From the sequence record PZ349761.1: a stretch of 45,774 nucleotides of DNA; one strand, written 5' to 3'. The number at the start of each line of letters is the position of its first letter. The stretch's first letter is position 1. Origin of the DNA: a phage. Shown here in pieces: positions 16,517 to 27,095 of the stretch. The translations under genes were made by a program, and so were the position numbers. The notes under the pieces are model-generated. The model saw only the letters and a list, made by a program, of their open reading frames with translations, was not told the DNA's origin and did not search any database.

Positions 16517-16828
16517 GTGTATCTACAGTACCAGTCAGAGCCAACTGATGCCGAGCTGGAAGCTATTGGGATGCGCCGCTCTGATTACGAAGATGAAGAG
16601 CCTGAAGTTTTGCACTTCGACGACAACATGATGAAGGCGTGGGACATTTACTGTTCAATGGCTACACAATGGAGAGTCGGGGCTAACGGAGCTACAGGGT
16701 TAGATTACAACGTGCTAAATTTCCTCTTTAGAGTGTATAATGTTTCTGAAGAAGAATTGGTACTCAGCGATTTACGCATCCTTGAAGCTAAGGCTCTTGA
16801 GATGATGGATAACCTGAGAAAAAAATAA
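16517..16828 (+). CDS. tail assembly chaperone T-frame (probably made only as G-T fusion)
   Basis: ORF has no ATG (track start is GTG) and is in the -1 frame relative to G. Confidence 0.55.
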   Translation: MYLQYQSEPTDAELEAIGMRRSDYEDEEPEVLHFDDNMMKAWDIYCSMATQWRVGANGATGLDYNVLNFLFRVYNVSEEELVLSDLRILEAKALEMMDNLRKK

Positions 16829-16846
16829 CCCGCTTCGGCGGGTTTT
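16829..16846 (+). terminator. terminator-like hairpin
   Basis: CCCGC-ttcg-GCGGG plus T4. Confidence 0.5.
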
Positions 16847-16863
16847 CTATTGTGGAGGCTTAG

Positions 16864-19842
16864 ATGGCAACAAATGAATTAGCCGGAATCACACTAGCCG
16901 TAGATGTCTCGCAAGTAGACAGGGGAACGCAATCCCTGCAAAAGTTCAGACAGGCAAACCAGCAAGCCGCTTCAGGTATTAGTGAATTCGTCAACGCTGA
17001 GCAGGTTGCTAAAAACCAGGCGAGAGATACGGCTCGTGCACTTTCTGAGCAGCAAGCGTCACTAGCTAAATTGCAAACAGCTATCGACCCAACTGCTGCA
17101 AAGTTCCGCAAGCTGCAAGAGGCAGCAGTGGGTCTTGATAAGGCATTCGCGGCTGGCGTAGTTCCTGATGAGGAGTTTTTCCGCTTAGGCGAGGCGCTTG
17201 AAACTCAGAATGCAAAACTTGCTCGTTCACGCGCAGCTCTCACAGAAGAGGGAAGAGCGGCGGCGCAGGCTGCAAAAGATAAGGCAAGGGCAAAGGCCGA
17301 GGCGGATAGATTCATTGCATCACTTGAGCGTCAGGCTCAGGCTGCAACATTGACGCGCGAGGAGTACTTAAAATTACAGGCGGCCCAGCTTGGCGTTAGT
17401 TCTCAGGCAGCACCCATCATTGACAGAATCGCCGACGCATCACAGAAGGCAAACACCCAGTTAATTGCTCAGAGTAAGGCTTTTCAGAAATCAGGATTAA
17501 GCGCCGGGCAATACAAGAATGCCATATCTCAACTACCAGCGCAGATTACTGATATTGGCACGTCGCTTGCTGGCGGCATTCCGATTTGGCTTATTGCAAT
17601 TCAGCAAGGTGGGCAGATCAAGGATGCATTTGGCGGCATTGGTAACACCTTTAGATTCGCACTTGCAGCCTTAAACCCATTCAATGTAGCTGTTGGTGTT
17701 TTGGGTGGGGTACTTGTAGCTCTTGGTGTTGGTGCGGCTCAGGCTGAAAGTGAATTCAGGGCGTTAAACTCTGCTATTGCATTCTCCAACAACTCAACAA
17801 TTACATCAATCTCGCAAGTTAGAGAGTTGGTTAGCTCCGTCTCTGATGCAACGGGTGCCACCAGGGGGCTTGTGACTAGCATCGCAACAAGCCTTGTGGA
17901 ACAAGGAAACCTTACGCTAACGCAGATTGACAAGATTACTAAATCGACAGCAAGATGGGCGCAGTTGACAGGCAAGGACGCGAAGGAAATTACTGGTTAC
18001 TATAACCAGATTGCGAGCGACCCAATACAGGGATTGGTTGATTTGGATAAGCGCTTTAACTTCCTCACGCAGGGGCAGTTGACAACAATCGAAAACCTGA
18101 GAAAGACAAAGGGGGAAGTAGAGGCCGTTACCGCCGCGATAGATATTTTCAGCAAGTCACAGGAAGCTAACCTTAACGATATTGCGGCTCAATTGACACC
18201 ACTTGAGCTAGCCTGGAATGATTTCAGAAAGTACATCTCTGATATCTGGGATGCAATTAGTCGCAGAACAGTTGGGGCTCTAAACCTTTTCGTTGACGTT
18301 ATAGCTGGAACAATTGAACAGATTAGAGTCTTCCTTAATCAGGGTGATGTACTGATTGGTGAATTCGTAATTAGCGCAACTCAGGCATTGCAGAACATTC
18401 CTGGTCTTGATGGGGTTGGTGATGATGTTATCAAGGGCCAGCAGAAGATTATCGATGCCGCCAAGAAGCAAAACCTTGAGCTAGAGAAGTCTATCAGGGA
18501 GCGTGATGCCAGAATCAGAGAGGGAGAACTCGGTTACGTTACTCGCAGAGAGAATCAGAATACCAATGAGCAATCCGGTACTGATGAGGAATTCGCAAAA
18601 AGGAAGAAGGCACTTAAGGATGAGCTTGATGCGATCAAGAAAAACAGAGCTGAGGAAAAAGGAAGAGTTAAAGAGCAAAGGGACCTTACCATAGGATATG
18701 AATCTGGCGTGCTGGCACTTCAGGCTCAACTCAAGGTTCTTCAGGAAAACAGGGATATCGGTGCGGTAATAAGCAATGAGCGCAAGCAGTATCTTCAGGA
18801 AGAGGCTAAATTCAGGATCCTTGAGCAGAGGCAACTTGATGGCTCAATTACCAAAGAACAAGCAAGACTCCTCATTGAAAAGGATAAAGTTCTTGAGTTG
18901 GCCAAACAGAAGGCTGAGCTAGGCGATCAGATTGTTTTGCAGGAGCGCGCTAATAAGTTAGCTGAAGATAACCGCAAGAAGATTCTTCAGATTAACAATG
19001 AGGCTGCCAACATAGATATTGGTTCTGGATTATCATCTCGCGAGCAGCAAAGAGCTAAAGAGTTGCAGGCTCTTCAGTCCAATCAGGTTAACGCTGGCGG
19101 CTCTCTTGATGATGTTGATTTTCAGCAATTGCTGGAAGCAAGAAAGGAATACTACAAACAGGAGGATAATCTTAGGTCAGACTGGCAATCAGGCGTAACA
19201 TCCACTCTCGCCGACTTGACAGAGAAGTACACTGATTACAACCAGATTGCTAAGGACTTGACAGTTGCGGCATTCGATGGAATTACAGACCAGATTACAA
19301 ACCTTGTGACCACTGGTGAGACTAATTTCAGAGATTTCACGGCAAGCATCCTCAAAATGATTGCGAAGATTGCAACTCAGTTACTTTTGGTTAAGGCTAT
19401 AGAATCAACATTAACTAGCTTTGGCGGTGGAGGAGGTAATGCGTTTGCCTCTTTTGCTTCTGCTATAGGTTTCGCCGGTGGCGGCTATACTGGTGATGGC
19501 GGGAAGTATCAGCCAGCAGGAACTGTACACCGTGGTGAGTTTGTATTCACAAAAGAAGCAACAAGCCGCATTGGTGTTAAGAACCTTTACGCGCTAATGA
19601 AAGGTTATGCAAACGGCGGCGCTGTTGGTGGTCCTTCTGGTTATGCAAATGGCGGCTTGGTTTCTGGTGGCCCTAATGTTGATATTAGTGGTATCACTGT
19701 TAACGTAAACTCCGGGGTTGGTAGCGACCCAGAGCAAGCTAAGGCGTTGCAAAACGGAGTTAAGGCAATCGTAGCGGAAGAGATTGCTCAGTCCTTCCAG
19801 CAGGGTGGCAGAGCTTATCAGTATCTTCGAGGATTTAACTAA
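16864..19842 (+). CDS. tail tape measure protein
   Basis: 992 aa; long Ala/Gln/Glu-rich helical regions, hydrophobic central segment, Gly-rich C-terminus; follows G/T. Confidence 0.85.
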   Translation: MATNELAGITLAVDVSQVDRGTQSLQKFRQANQQAASGISEFVNAEQVAKNQARDTARALSEQQASLAKLQTAIDPTAAKFRKLQEAAVGLDKAFAAGVVPDEEFFRLGEALETQNAKLARSRAALTEEGRAAAQAAKDKARAKAEADRFIASLERQAQAATLTREEYLKLQAAQLGVSSQAAPIIDRIADASQKANTQLIAQSKAFQKSGLSAGQYKNAISQLPAQITDIGTSLAGGIPIWLIAIQQGGQIKDAFGGIGNTFRFALAALNPFNVAVGVLGGVLVALGVGAAQAESEFRALNSAIAFSNNSTITSISQVRELVSSVSDATGATRGLVTSIATSLVEQGNLTLTQIDKITKSTARWAQLTGKDAKEITGYYNQIASDPIQGLVDLDKRFNFLTQGQLTTIENLRKTKGEVEAVTAAIDIFSKSQEANLNDIAAQLTPLELAWNDFRKYISDIWDAISRRTVGALNLFVDVIAGTIEQIRVFLNQGDVLIGEFVISATQALQNIPGLDGVGDDVIKGQQKIIDAAKKQNLELEKSIRERDARIREGELGYVTRRENQNTNEQSGTDEEFAKRKKALKDELDAIKKNRAEEKGRVKEQRDLTIGYESGVLALQAQLKVLQENRDIGAVISNERKQYLQEEAKFRILEQRQLDGSITKEQARLLIEKDKVLELAKQKAELGDQIVLQERANKLAEDNRKKILQINNEAANIDIGSGLSSREQQRAKELQALQSNQVNAGGSLDDVDFQQLLEARKEYYKQEDNLRSDWQSGVTSTLADLTEKYTDYNQIAKDLTVAAFDGITDQITNLVTTGETNFRDFTASILKMIAKIATQLLLVKAIESTLTSFGGGGGNAFASFASAIGFAGGGYTGDGGKYQPAGTVHRGEFVFTKEATSRIGVKNLYALMKGYANGGAVGGPSGYANGGLVSGGPNVDISGITVNVNSGVGSDPEQAKALQNGVKAIVAEEIAQSFQQGGRAYQYLRGFN

Positions 19843-19872
19843 TTGACGGGGCTTCGGCCCCTAAGGATTTTT

Positions 19873-20223
19873 ATGGCTATTGATACTTTTAACTGGTGCA
19901 CGCAAATCCAGGGTGGATCAGCTTCATTCAGTAACACAAACAACGTGCGAATTGTTAGCTTCGGCAATGGTTACGAGCAGCGCGGTACGGGTGGCTATCG
20001 CAGCAACAAACGCAGTTACCATATGACCTACACCAATAAGGACTGGCGTGAGGTGATGGATTTTTGCTTCAACCACATCATCACTCCATTCTTCTGGACA
20101 ACTCCACAGGGTGATACATCAATGTTTGTTATCCAGCAGGACAGCATTAGTGTCACACCACTCAGTAAGGAAGTTCAGACTGTAAACATGCAATTCGTAG
20201 AAGTATTTAGCTCAATGAGTTAA
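19873..20223 (+). CDS. minor tail protein (gpM-like)
   Basis: About 116 aa directly after tape measure; start set to ATG 19873 (track start 19843 is TTG inside hairpin). Confidence 0.5.
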   Translation: MAIDTFNWCTQIQGGSASFSNTNNVRIVSFGNGYEQRGTGGYRSNKRSYHMTYTNKDWREVMDFCFNHIITPFFWTTPQGDTSMFVIQQDSISVTPLSKEVQTVNMQFVEVFSSMS

Positions 20224-20227
20224 ACTA

Positions 20228-20251
20228 AGCCCCATTAGGGGCTTTTTTTTT
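20228..20251 (+). terminator. rho-independent terminator
   Basis: AGCCCC-atta-GGGGCT hairpin plus T8. Confidence 0.65.
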
Positions 20252-20264
20252 ATTGGAGAAAATC

Positions 20265-21020
20265 ATGTTAAGTCCAAAGTTTGAAAATCAGTTGCAAAGC
20301 CTTTTCCCCGGAGAGATTGTTACTCTAATCCAGGTTGATGGAACCTCCTTTGGAAGTCTCGTTTACAACTTCCACAATGAGAACATTTCATACACGCCAG
20401 AAGAAATCATGCTAGCCCAAATGAATGGCGAGCCACTACCAGAGAAGACGATTACATTTCGCGGTGAAGAGTACGGGCCTCGACCATTTGGTATCTCGGG
20501 TATCAACATGACGTCTGACGGCAAGGCCAACAAAGTTACGCTAACAGTATCAAACGTAGACCAGCGCATTAGCGCATTGATCCGTACCTATAATGGATTG
20601 GTTAAGGCAAAGGTCACCATCTGGATTACTACGCGAGATAACATCAATGAAGACGGAAGCATTGCTGACGGGGACTATCGCAGATTCGTTTACTTCATTG
20701 AGCGACCAAAGCAGGTTGACTACAAAACGGCATCATTTGAGCTAAGCAGCCCTATGGATATGGATGGCATTTACATTCCAGCGAGACTTGTTCAGTCTGT
20801 TTGCTATTGGGCTTCCAGGGGGTGGTATCGTAGCGGGAATGGTTGCGACTATGCTGGCAATCGTTATTTTGACAAGGATGACAATCCAGTTGATGACCCC
20901 TCTTTAGACTTCTGCTCTGGAACAGTAAACAGCTGTAAGATTAGGTTTGGTGAGAATAATCAGCTTTCATTTGGCGGATGCGCGGCAGCAAGCCTTCAGG
21001 CCAAAGCCAATCAGAGTTAA
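20265..21020 (+). CDS. minor tail protein (gpL-like)
   Basis: About 251 aa; C-terminal Cys cluster C..C..C..C as in tail tip L proteins; ATG 20265 with RBS GGAG. Confidence 0.6.
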   Translation: MLSPKFENQLQSLFPGEIVTLIQVDGTSFGSLVYNFHNENISYTPEEIMLAQMNGEPLPEKTITFRGEEYGPRPFGISGINMTSDGKANKVTLTVSNVDQRISALIRTYNGLVKAKVTIWITTRDNINEDGSIADGDYRRFVYFIERPKQVDYKTASFELSSPMDMDGIYIPARLVQSVCYWASRGWYRSGNGCDYAGNRYFDKDDNPVDDPSLDFCSGTVNSCKIRFGENNQLSFGGCAAASLQAKANQS

Positions 21021-21029
21021 GGGGTATAT

Positions 21030-21788
21030 ATGTTAACACCAAAGGTTAAACTAGAGATCTTCCAGCATGCAAAAGAGGTTTACCCTCAGGAATGCTGCGG
21101 GGTTGTCACACAGAAGGGTAGGGCGCAGAAGTACCACAGAATCACAAATGCAAGCAAGGACCCAGAAAATGAGTTTGTGCTTGATTCAAACGAGTATGCA
21201 GATGTTCTCTTTGAATTGGCTCACAACGAGTCAATTGTTTATGTAGTTCACTCTCATACGGGTGATGGAGCGACAACGAGGCCTAGCCCAGCAGATATCT
21301 GTAGCTGTAATGAATGCGAGATTCCTTACGTTATTGTAAGCATCCCAGAGGGTGATATGCGAATTCTTGAGCCATCAACCATGCCTCTGATTGGTCGACC
21401 ATGGGGTCTTGGTAGCTTTGATTGCTGGGAGTTAGTGATGAGTTTCCACAAGAAATACGGCGTCAAACTGAATGACTACCGCGTCAATTACCAGTGGTGG
21501 GAGAAACGGTACAATGAAAATATCTATGACGACAATTGGGTTAAGGAAGGATTTGAGCCGGTAAAAAATTCAGACATTCCGATTGGCTCGATGATTATGA
21601 TGCAGGTGCAAAGTGAGGTGACAAACCACGCCGGAATATACATTGGCAACAACAGATTCATCCACCACCTCTATGGTAAAATGAGTTCTGTTGATATCTA
21701 CTCCGATTATTGGCGCGAGCGCACTGTGCGAATCGTTCGCCATAAGGATTTACCAGAGGATGTAATTTATGACCCAGAAACTGATTGA
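21030..21788 (+). CDS. tail assembly protein (gpK-like, MPN/JAMM plus NlpC/P60-type)
   Basis: N-terminal HSHTGDG..SP.D metalloprotease-like motif, later Cys and His; position after L. Confidence 0.65.
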   Translation: MLTPKVKLEIFQHAKEVYPQECCGVVTQKGRAQKYHRITNASKDPENEFVLDSNEYADVLFELAHNESIVYVVHSHTGDGATTRPSPADICSCNECEIPYVIVSIPEGDMRILEPSTMPLIGRPWGLGSFDCWELVMSFHKKYGVKLNDYRVNYQWWEKRYNENIYDDNWVKEGFEPVKNSDIPIGSMIMMQVQSEVTNHAGIYIGNNRFIHHLYGKMSSVDIYSDYWRERTVRIVRHKDLPEDVIYDPETD

Positions 21789-22341
21789 TATTAAGTTAGG
21801 ATTATCACTAGGCCGTAAATTTGGAAAGATTCACCAAATGGCAGTGAGTAGCGTGCCAGAGGCAATGCGAGCGCTGTGTTCACAGATTCCTGCTTTCAAG
21901 GAGTTCATGAATAGCCATGTCGGTCAGAACACAAAGTACGCCGTGTTCGTTGATGGCAAAAATGTGAACGAGCATAGAATCTCTGATTTTAGTGCCGTTC
22001 AGGAGATACGCATCTTACCAATCCCTCAAGGTCGCAAGTCCGGCGGGTTGTTTCAGACAATTTTAGGCGCCGCGCTTATCGTGGTTGGTTACTTCACTGG
22101 CCAGATTTATCTTGTTGGGGCTGGTATATCGCTAGCGGCTGGCGGCGTTGCGCAGCTACTTTCACCACAGGCAACAGGATTGAAGACTCAGAGCAACCAA
22201 ACAAGCAACAGGGCATCATACGCATTCGGCTCAGCCGTAAACACAGTGGCTGCTGGTTATCCAGTTTGTCTTCCGTATGGATATCGAACGGTTGGCGGTT
22301 CTGTGTTTAGTGCGGGTTCATATAGTGAAGACATTGCTTAA
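21769..22341 (+). CDS. tail assembly protein (gpI-like)
   Basis: 190 aa with hydrophobic Gly-rich segment; between K and J. Confidence 0.5.
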   Translation: MTQKLIDIKLGLSLGRKFGKIHQMAVSSVPEAMRALCSQIPAFKEFMNSHVGQNTKYAVFVDGKNVNEHRISDFSAVQEIRILPIPQGRKSGGLFQTILGAALIVVGYFTGQIYLVGAGISLAAGGVAQLLSPQATGLKTQSNQTSNRASYAFGSAVNTVAAGYPVCLPYGYRTVGGSVFSAGSYSEDIA

Positions 22342-22349
22342 ATATCATA

Positions 22350-22370
22350 CCCGCCTAGTGCGGGTTTTTT
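22350..22370 (+). terminator. rho-independent terminator
   Basis: CCCGC-ctagt-GCGGG hairpin plus T6. Confidence 0.7.
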
Positions 22371-22382
22371 ATTTAGTGTAGA

Positions 22383-25300
22383 ATGGCACAAATGATCAAA
22401 ACAAACATGAGGCTTTGTGATATGGCTGAAGATATTAAGATTTATGGTGCTAAGGGTGGTAGCCAGAAGCAGCATCAACCAGTGGAGCAGGAAGATAACC
22501 TCATTTCACTAAACAAGGTTAAGGTTCTTTTGGCTGTTGCTGATGGTGAGGTTGACCCCAATTTCTCAATGAAAGATTTATACCTTGCCGACGTTCCGGT
22601 GCAAAACCAGGATGGTAGCTACAACTACGAAGGTGTTCGCGCTGAGTTCCGTGCCGGCACGCAGTATCAGGATTATATCGCCGGGCTTGACGGTGCTAAC
22701 TCAGAGATTCAGGCATCCAGAGAAATCACGAACGATACCCCGTACATCATTGCGGTTAACAATACTCAGCTATCAGCGATTCGTGTAAAGCTATATTGGC
22801 CTAGACTGGTTAAGCAAGAAAGCAATGGAGACCTGAACGGAACAACTTGTGAGTACGCAATTGACCTGTCTGTTAATGGTGGAGCATATCAGGAATACAC
22901 TCGCGGAGTTGCTAACGGCAAGACAACTACAGGTTATGACCGCAGCATTCGCGTGAACCTTCCGGCTGAATTTGATAGCGCACTGGTTCGAATCCGCAAG
23001 ATTACACCCGATTCAACAAGCAGTACGCTGGTCAATGGTATGCAGATTACAACCTATCAGGAAGTAATCGACGCCAAATTCCGCTACCCGCTTACGGCTC
23101 TGGTCTATGTTGAGTTTGGTTCTGACTTGTTCCCTAACGGCATCCCGACAATCTCAATAAAGAAGCGTTGGAAGCTAATTCAGGTACCGACAAACTACGA
23201 CCCGGAGACAAGGACTTACAGCGGGACATGGAATGGCTTATTCAAGATGGCATGGTCGAATAACCCGGCATGGGTTCTCTATGACCTGGTGACAAACCGA
23301 CGCTATGGGCTTGACCAGCGAGAGTTGGGTGTAGAGATTGATAAATGGGGATTGTATGAAGCCGCGCAATTCTGTGACCAGATGGTTCCGGATGGTAAGG
23401 GTGGTTTAGAGCCGCGTTACCTTTGCGATATGGTTGTGCAAAACAAGGTTGAGGCCTACACGCTAATTCGTGATATCTGCTCAATCTTCCGTGGTCTGAC
23501 TTTCTATGACGGTGAAAATATTGGTATCGTGGTTGATAAGCCTCGCAACCCATCTTACATCTTCACCAATGATAACGTTGTAAACGGATTGTTCAGTCGA
23601 ACCTTTGCCAGTGATAAAAGCCTTTACACCACGGCAAACGTCCAGTTTGATGATGTAGAGAACAACTATCAACAGGATGTTGAGCCGGTATTTGAATTAG
23701 AGGCAACTCGTCGTTTTGGATTTAACCCTGTAGATTTAACTGCGATTGGATGCACTCGCAGAAGTGAAGCAAACAGACGTGGAAGATGGCTCCTGAAAAC
23801 AAACCTGAGAAGCGAAACTATCAGCTTCACTACAGGGTTGGAAGGTATGATTCCGATGATTGGCGAGGTAATTGCGGTCAATGACGCCGCATGGTCTAGC
23901 AACTATCAGTTAAACCTTTCCGGTCGTATTGAGTCAGTTCAGGGGTTGCAGGTTTTTACCCCTTTTAAAGTTGACGCAGCGCCTGGTGACAGAATTCTTC
24001 TGAACAAGCCAGACGGAAGTCCAGAGGCAAGAACTATTGCCAGCGTTTCGGAGGATGGAAGAACAATCAACCTTAACACTGCTTTTAGTTTTGTAGCTCA
24101 ACCTGACACTGTTTTCGCAATCGATAAGGATAATCTCGCGCTTCAACAGTATGTTGTGACCGGTATTCAAAAAGCAGATTCTGATGGCTCTGATTCATTC
24201 CAGTATACGATTACCGCAGTAGAGTATGACCCGAACAAGTATGACGAGATTGACTACGGCGTTAACATTGTTGACCGCCCGACTTCAATCGTGGAGCCTG
24301 ACAGATTGTCGCCGCCTGAGAACTTAACAGTGTCAAGCTACAGTAAGGTTGTTCAGGGATTGTCAGTTGAGACAATGGTTATCGGATGGGATAAAGCGCC
24401 ATACGCCAAAACCTACAATGTTCAGTGGAGGAAAGAAAATGGTAACTGGATTAACGTACCCAGAACAGCTAGCACAGAGGTTGATATCGAAGGTATTTAC
24501 GCAGGAATCTATGACGTTAGGGTTCGTAGCGTATCAGATACTGAAAACGTGTCTGCCTGGTCTGACATTGTAACGGTATCGCTAACTGGCAAGATTGGTA
24601 GGCCATCTGCACCTACGGTTGTCACGGCTTCAACTGATGAGGTATTTGGCATCCGTGTTAAGTGGGGTTTCCCTGATGGATCCGGTGACACTGCTTACAC
24701 TGAACTTCAGCAGGTTCCTGATAATGGTGACGGTACTTACAATCCTGATAACGCAAGTCTGTTGACCTTACTTCCGTACCCAGCTTATGAATACTGGCAC
24801 ACGCCGATTCAGTCAGGCAAGGTTATCTGGTATCGCGCAAGATTGATTGACAGAATCGGCAACACTTCTGACTGGTCTGATTTTGCTAGAGGCATGAGTA
24901 CTGACGATGCCAATATTATCAACGAATACATCAAGGTTGATATTGAGGGTTCGGAAGGATTTAAATACCTTGAGCAGAATGCGATTCAAAAGAATCAGGA
25001 CATTCAGAATCAGGCTGAGGCAATTATCGAGAACGCACTGGCTAACGATACTGACGTTCGTCGCATGACAAGGGAAAACGGCGCCAGAAAGGCTGAATAT
25101 GTTCAAGCAGTGAATCTGATAGCTGATGAAACTCAGGCGCGTGTAGAGGCACTAACGCAGCTTAAAGCGCAGATTGATGATGAGGTTGTGGCATCAATTA
25201 CTGAAGTTCAGACGGCGCTAGCTACAGAGGAGCAAGCAAGAACTACTGCCGACACTCAGCTATCAGCAAGGATTGGCGATAACGAGGCGGCGCTAAATCA

Positions 25301-25808
25301 GAAGTTAGACGCTTTTGCTAACGCTGAGTCAACTGGTGTGCAGTACGGCATCAGTTTGGGTCTTAACTATAATGGGCAGACATATTCATCTGGCATGAGC
25401 ATGGAGCTTGTTGGAGCTGGTGATAATGTTCGCAGTCAATTCATTTTTGACGCAAACAGATTCGCAATCAGTAACGGCATTGGTTCTGGATCCGGTCAGT
25501 GGAAACTCCCCTTCGTTGTCGAGAACGGAAACGTAATCATCCAAAGCGCAGTAATCGGCGATGGCTCAATTACTAACGCTAAGATTGGTAATATAATTTC
25601 ATCAAATGATTATGTAGCAGGCTCTCAGGGGTGGGCGATACTGAAAAGTGGTGCGTCAGAGTTCAATAACACAACTGTAAGGGGCAATCTTTACGCTAAC
25701 AATGGTAACTTTGCTTTTAACGGAACCAATAACACGGTTCAGATTAACAATAACGGAATCACTGTAAACTTACCGAACGGAGGAAGAGTGGTAGTTGGAG
25801 TGTGGTAA
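22383..25808 (+). CDS. central tail fibre / tail tip protein (gpJ-like)
   Basis: 1141 aa, largest tail gene after I; repetitive beta-rich middle region. Confidence 0.8.
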   Translation: MAQMIKTNMRLCDMAEDIKIYGAKGGSQKQHQPVEQEDNLISLNKVKVLLAVADGEVDPNFSMKDLYLADVPVQNQDGSYNYEGVRAEFRAGTQYQDYIAGLDGANSEIQASREITNDTPYIIAVNNTQLSAIRVKLYWPRLVKQESNGDLNGTTCEYAIDLSVNGGAYQEYTRGVANGKTTTGYDRSIRVNLPAEFDSALVRIRKITPDSTSSTLVNGMQITTYQEVIDAKFRYPLTALVYVEFGSDLFPNGIPTISIKKRWKLIQVPTNYDPETRTYSGTWNGLFKMAWSNNPAWVLYDLVTNRRYGLDQRELGVEIDKWGLYEAAQFCDQMVPDGKGGLEPRYLCDMVVQNKVEAYTLIRDICSIFRGLTFYDGENIGIVVDKPRNPSYIFTNDNVVNGLFSRTFASDKSLYTTANVQFDDVENNYQQDVEPVFELEATRRFGFNPVDLTAIGCTRRSEANRRGRWLLKTNLRSETISFTTGLEGMIPMIGEVIAVNDAAWSSNYQLNLSGRIESVQGLQVFTPFKVDAAPGDRILLNKPDGSPEARTIASVSEDGRTINLNTAFSFVAQPDTVFAIDKDNLALQQYVVTGIQKADSDGSDSFQYTITAVEYDPNKYDEIDYGVNIVDRPTSIVEPDRLSPPENLTVSSYSKVVQGLSVETMVIGWDKAPYAKTYNVQWRKENGNWINVPRTASTEVDIEGIYAGIYDVRVRSVSDTENVSAWSDIVTVSLTGKIGRPSAPTVVTASTDEVFGIRVKWGFPDGSGDTAYTELQQVPDNGDGTYNPDNASLLTLLPYPAYEYWHTPIQSGKVIWYRARLIDRIGNTSDWSDFARGMSTDDANIINEYIKVDIEGSEGFKYLEQNAIQKNQDIQNQAEAIIENALANDTDVRRMTRENGARKAEYVQAVNLIADETQARVEALTQLKAQIDDEVVASITEVQTALATEEQARTTADTQLSARIGDNEAALNQKLDAFANAESTGVQYGISLGLNYNGQTYSSGMSMELVGAGDNVRSQFIFDANRFAISNGIGSGSGQWKLPFVVENGNVIIQSAVIGDGSITNAKIGNIISSNDYVAGSQGWAILKSGASEFNNTTVRGNLYANNGNFAFNGTNNTVQINNNGITVNLPNGGRVVVGVW

Positions 25809-25812
25809 TAAA

Positions 25813-25840
25813 TAAAGCCCCTTAATTGGGGCTTTTCTTT
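25813..25840. terminator. bidirectional terminator between convergent J and RBP genes
   Basis: AGCCCC-ttaatt-GGGGCT hairpin, T-rich on both sides. Confidence 0.6.
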
Positions 25841-26802
25841 TAGTAGAAGTTTGGGATAAATGGAAGTGCCATTGATATGTTCGTGTCGAAAGGAAACTGA
25901 GCGCCTGTCTGAGTTGAGTAGTTACCTATTACAGATCCAGGAACAGCCCTAACGGAGCCTCCAGACATGCAAACACCCTTGTATCGTAAGTTGTTATACC
26001 CTCCGGTAACTCTAGTTGTAGCGCCGCACCTAAGCAGCGGGAAGAAACCACCATTTATTGACTGATATCCATTGCTTATTTGTATAAATCCACCAAGAAC
26101 GAATGGGCGGCGAACACTTGAAAAAACAATCTGACCAGAACTATTTGACATTGTGAGTCCAGGCCCGGCCGTTGGTGGTTCATTCCTGAATATCACCAGC
26201 TGAACATGGGTACTTGCCGCAACATCATCTGTACCTCCGTAGGTTATATCCCTGCACCATATTGTTGATCCATCTGATTCAAGTGATACGTTTGGATTAT
26301 CCCACTTGCCGAATGGTATTCCGCTAACTGGTAGCGATGCTGCACCGTTAACCTGTATGCCACCAACCCAGGCCGCAGACATTAGCCGCGAGTTGCTTGA
26401 TATAGCAAGGAAATCAGTTGAGTTCTCAACAAGTATTCCAGGACTTGATGAGGATGAAGCCGGTAGTATCTCAAAGCAATTACCAGCAAAGTCAATTATT
26501 CGACCATTAGCACCATTGAAGTTGCTGAGAGTTATCCTGCCAGTTCCGTCATTTACCTTTTGAAACCCGTTCATGTAATAAACTTCGGGTATAACATCGT
26601 AAGCGTCTACGTGTACGGCCTTTGTTGGTAGGCAGAAGACCGTAGAGCCAGGTGACATTGTCAATCCAAAATCCCAAAAACTCGCCGGGGTTGAAAGTCC
26701 ATTAGTATTTATCGAGCCAGTCACCGCAGGCGCCCTTAACCCTGCCGTAATCTCCATAGCTGGCCTTCCATCATTCAGGTCAATCAATATACCTTGTGGC
26801 AT
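25840..26802 (-). CDS. candidate receptor-binding protein (tail tip accessory)
   Basis: About 320 aa Gly/Ser/Asn-rich beta-type protein; ATG overlaps stop of upstream lipoprotein gene (TAATG); position next to J. Confidence 0.45.
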   Translation of the reverse strand: MPQGILIDLNDGRPAMEITAGLRAPAVTGSINTNGLSTPASFWDFGLTMSPGSTVFCLPTKAVHVDAYDVIPEVYYMNGFQKVNDGTGRITLSNFNGANGRIIDFAGNCFEILPASSSSSPGILVENSTDFLAISSNSRLMSAAWVGGIQVNGAASLPVSGIPFGKWDNPNVSLESDGSTIWCRDITYGGTDDVAASTHVQLVIFRNEPPTAGPGLTMSNSSGQIVFSSVRRPFVLGGFIQISNGYQSINGGFFPLLRCGATTRVTGGYNNLRYKGVCMSGGSVRAVPGSVIGNYSTQTGAQFPFDTNISMALPFIPNFY

Positions 26803-27047
26803 TATTTCCACTCCTTACTTCCGTGATCAGCTACTGAGCCACCATAACCGCCGCCAGCCTTGCTTTCAATGCCAGCGTAGCGAATATCAACCTCACCAGC
26901 CGGAACAACTACACCGCCTTTCCACTTAGCTACGCACACGCCGTTTGCTTGTGTTGCACACCACCCATCAGGTCGAGGACCAGAAGAACAACCTACTGTC
27001 ATGATTACTGCTGCGGCGATGATTGAAAGTTTGATTAGGTTAGTCAT
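26802..27047 (-). CDS. small lipoprotein, candidate superinfection-exclusion protein
   Basis: [22 protein letters not shown] signal peptide with lipobox; start set to ATG 27047 downstream of minus-strand cassette. Confidence 0.55.
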   Translation of the reverse strand: MTNLIKLSIIAAAVIMTVGCSSGPRPDGWCATQANGVCVAKWKGGVVVPAGEVDIRYAGIESKAGGGYGGSVADHGSKEWK

Positions 27048-27095
27048 TTTGTATTCCTCATTAAGTTGTTTCGTTTCGATGGAGTAATAGTACAA

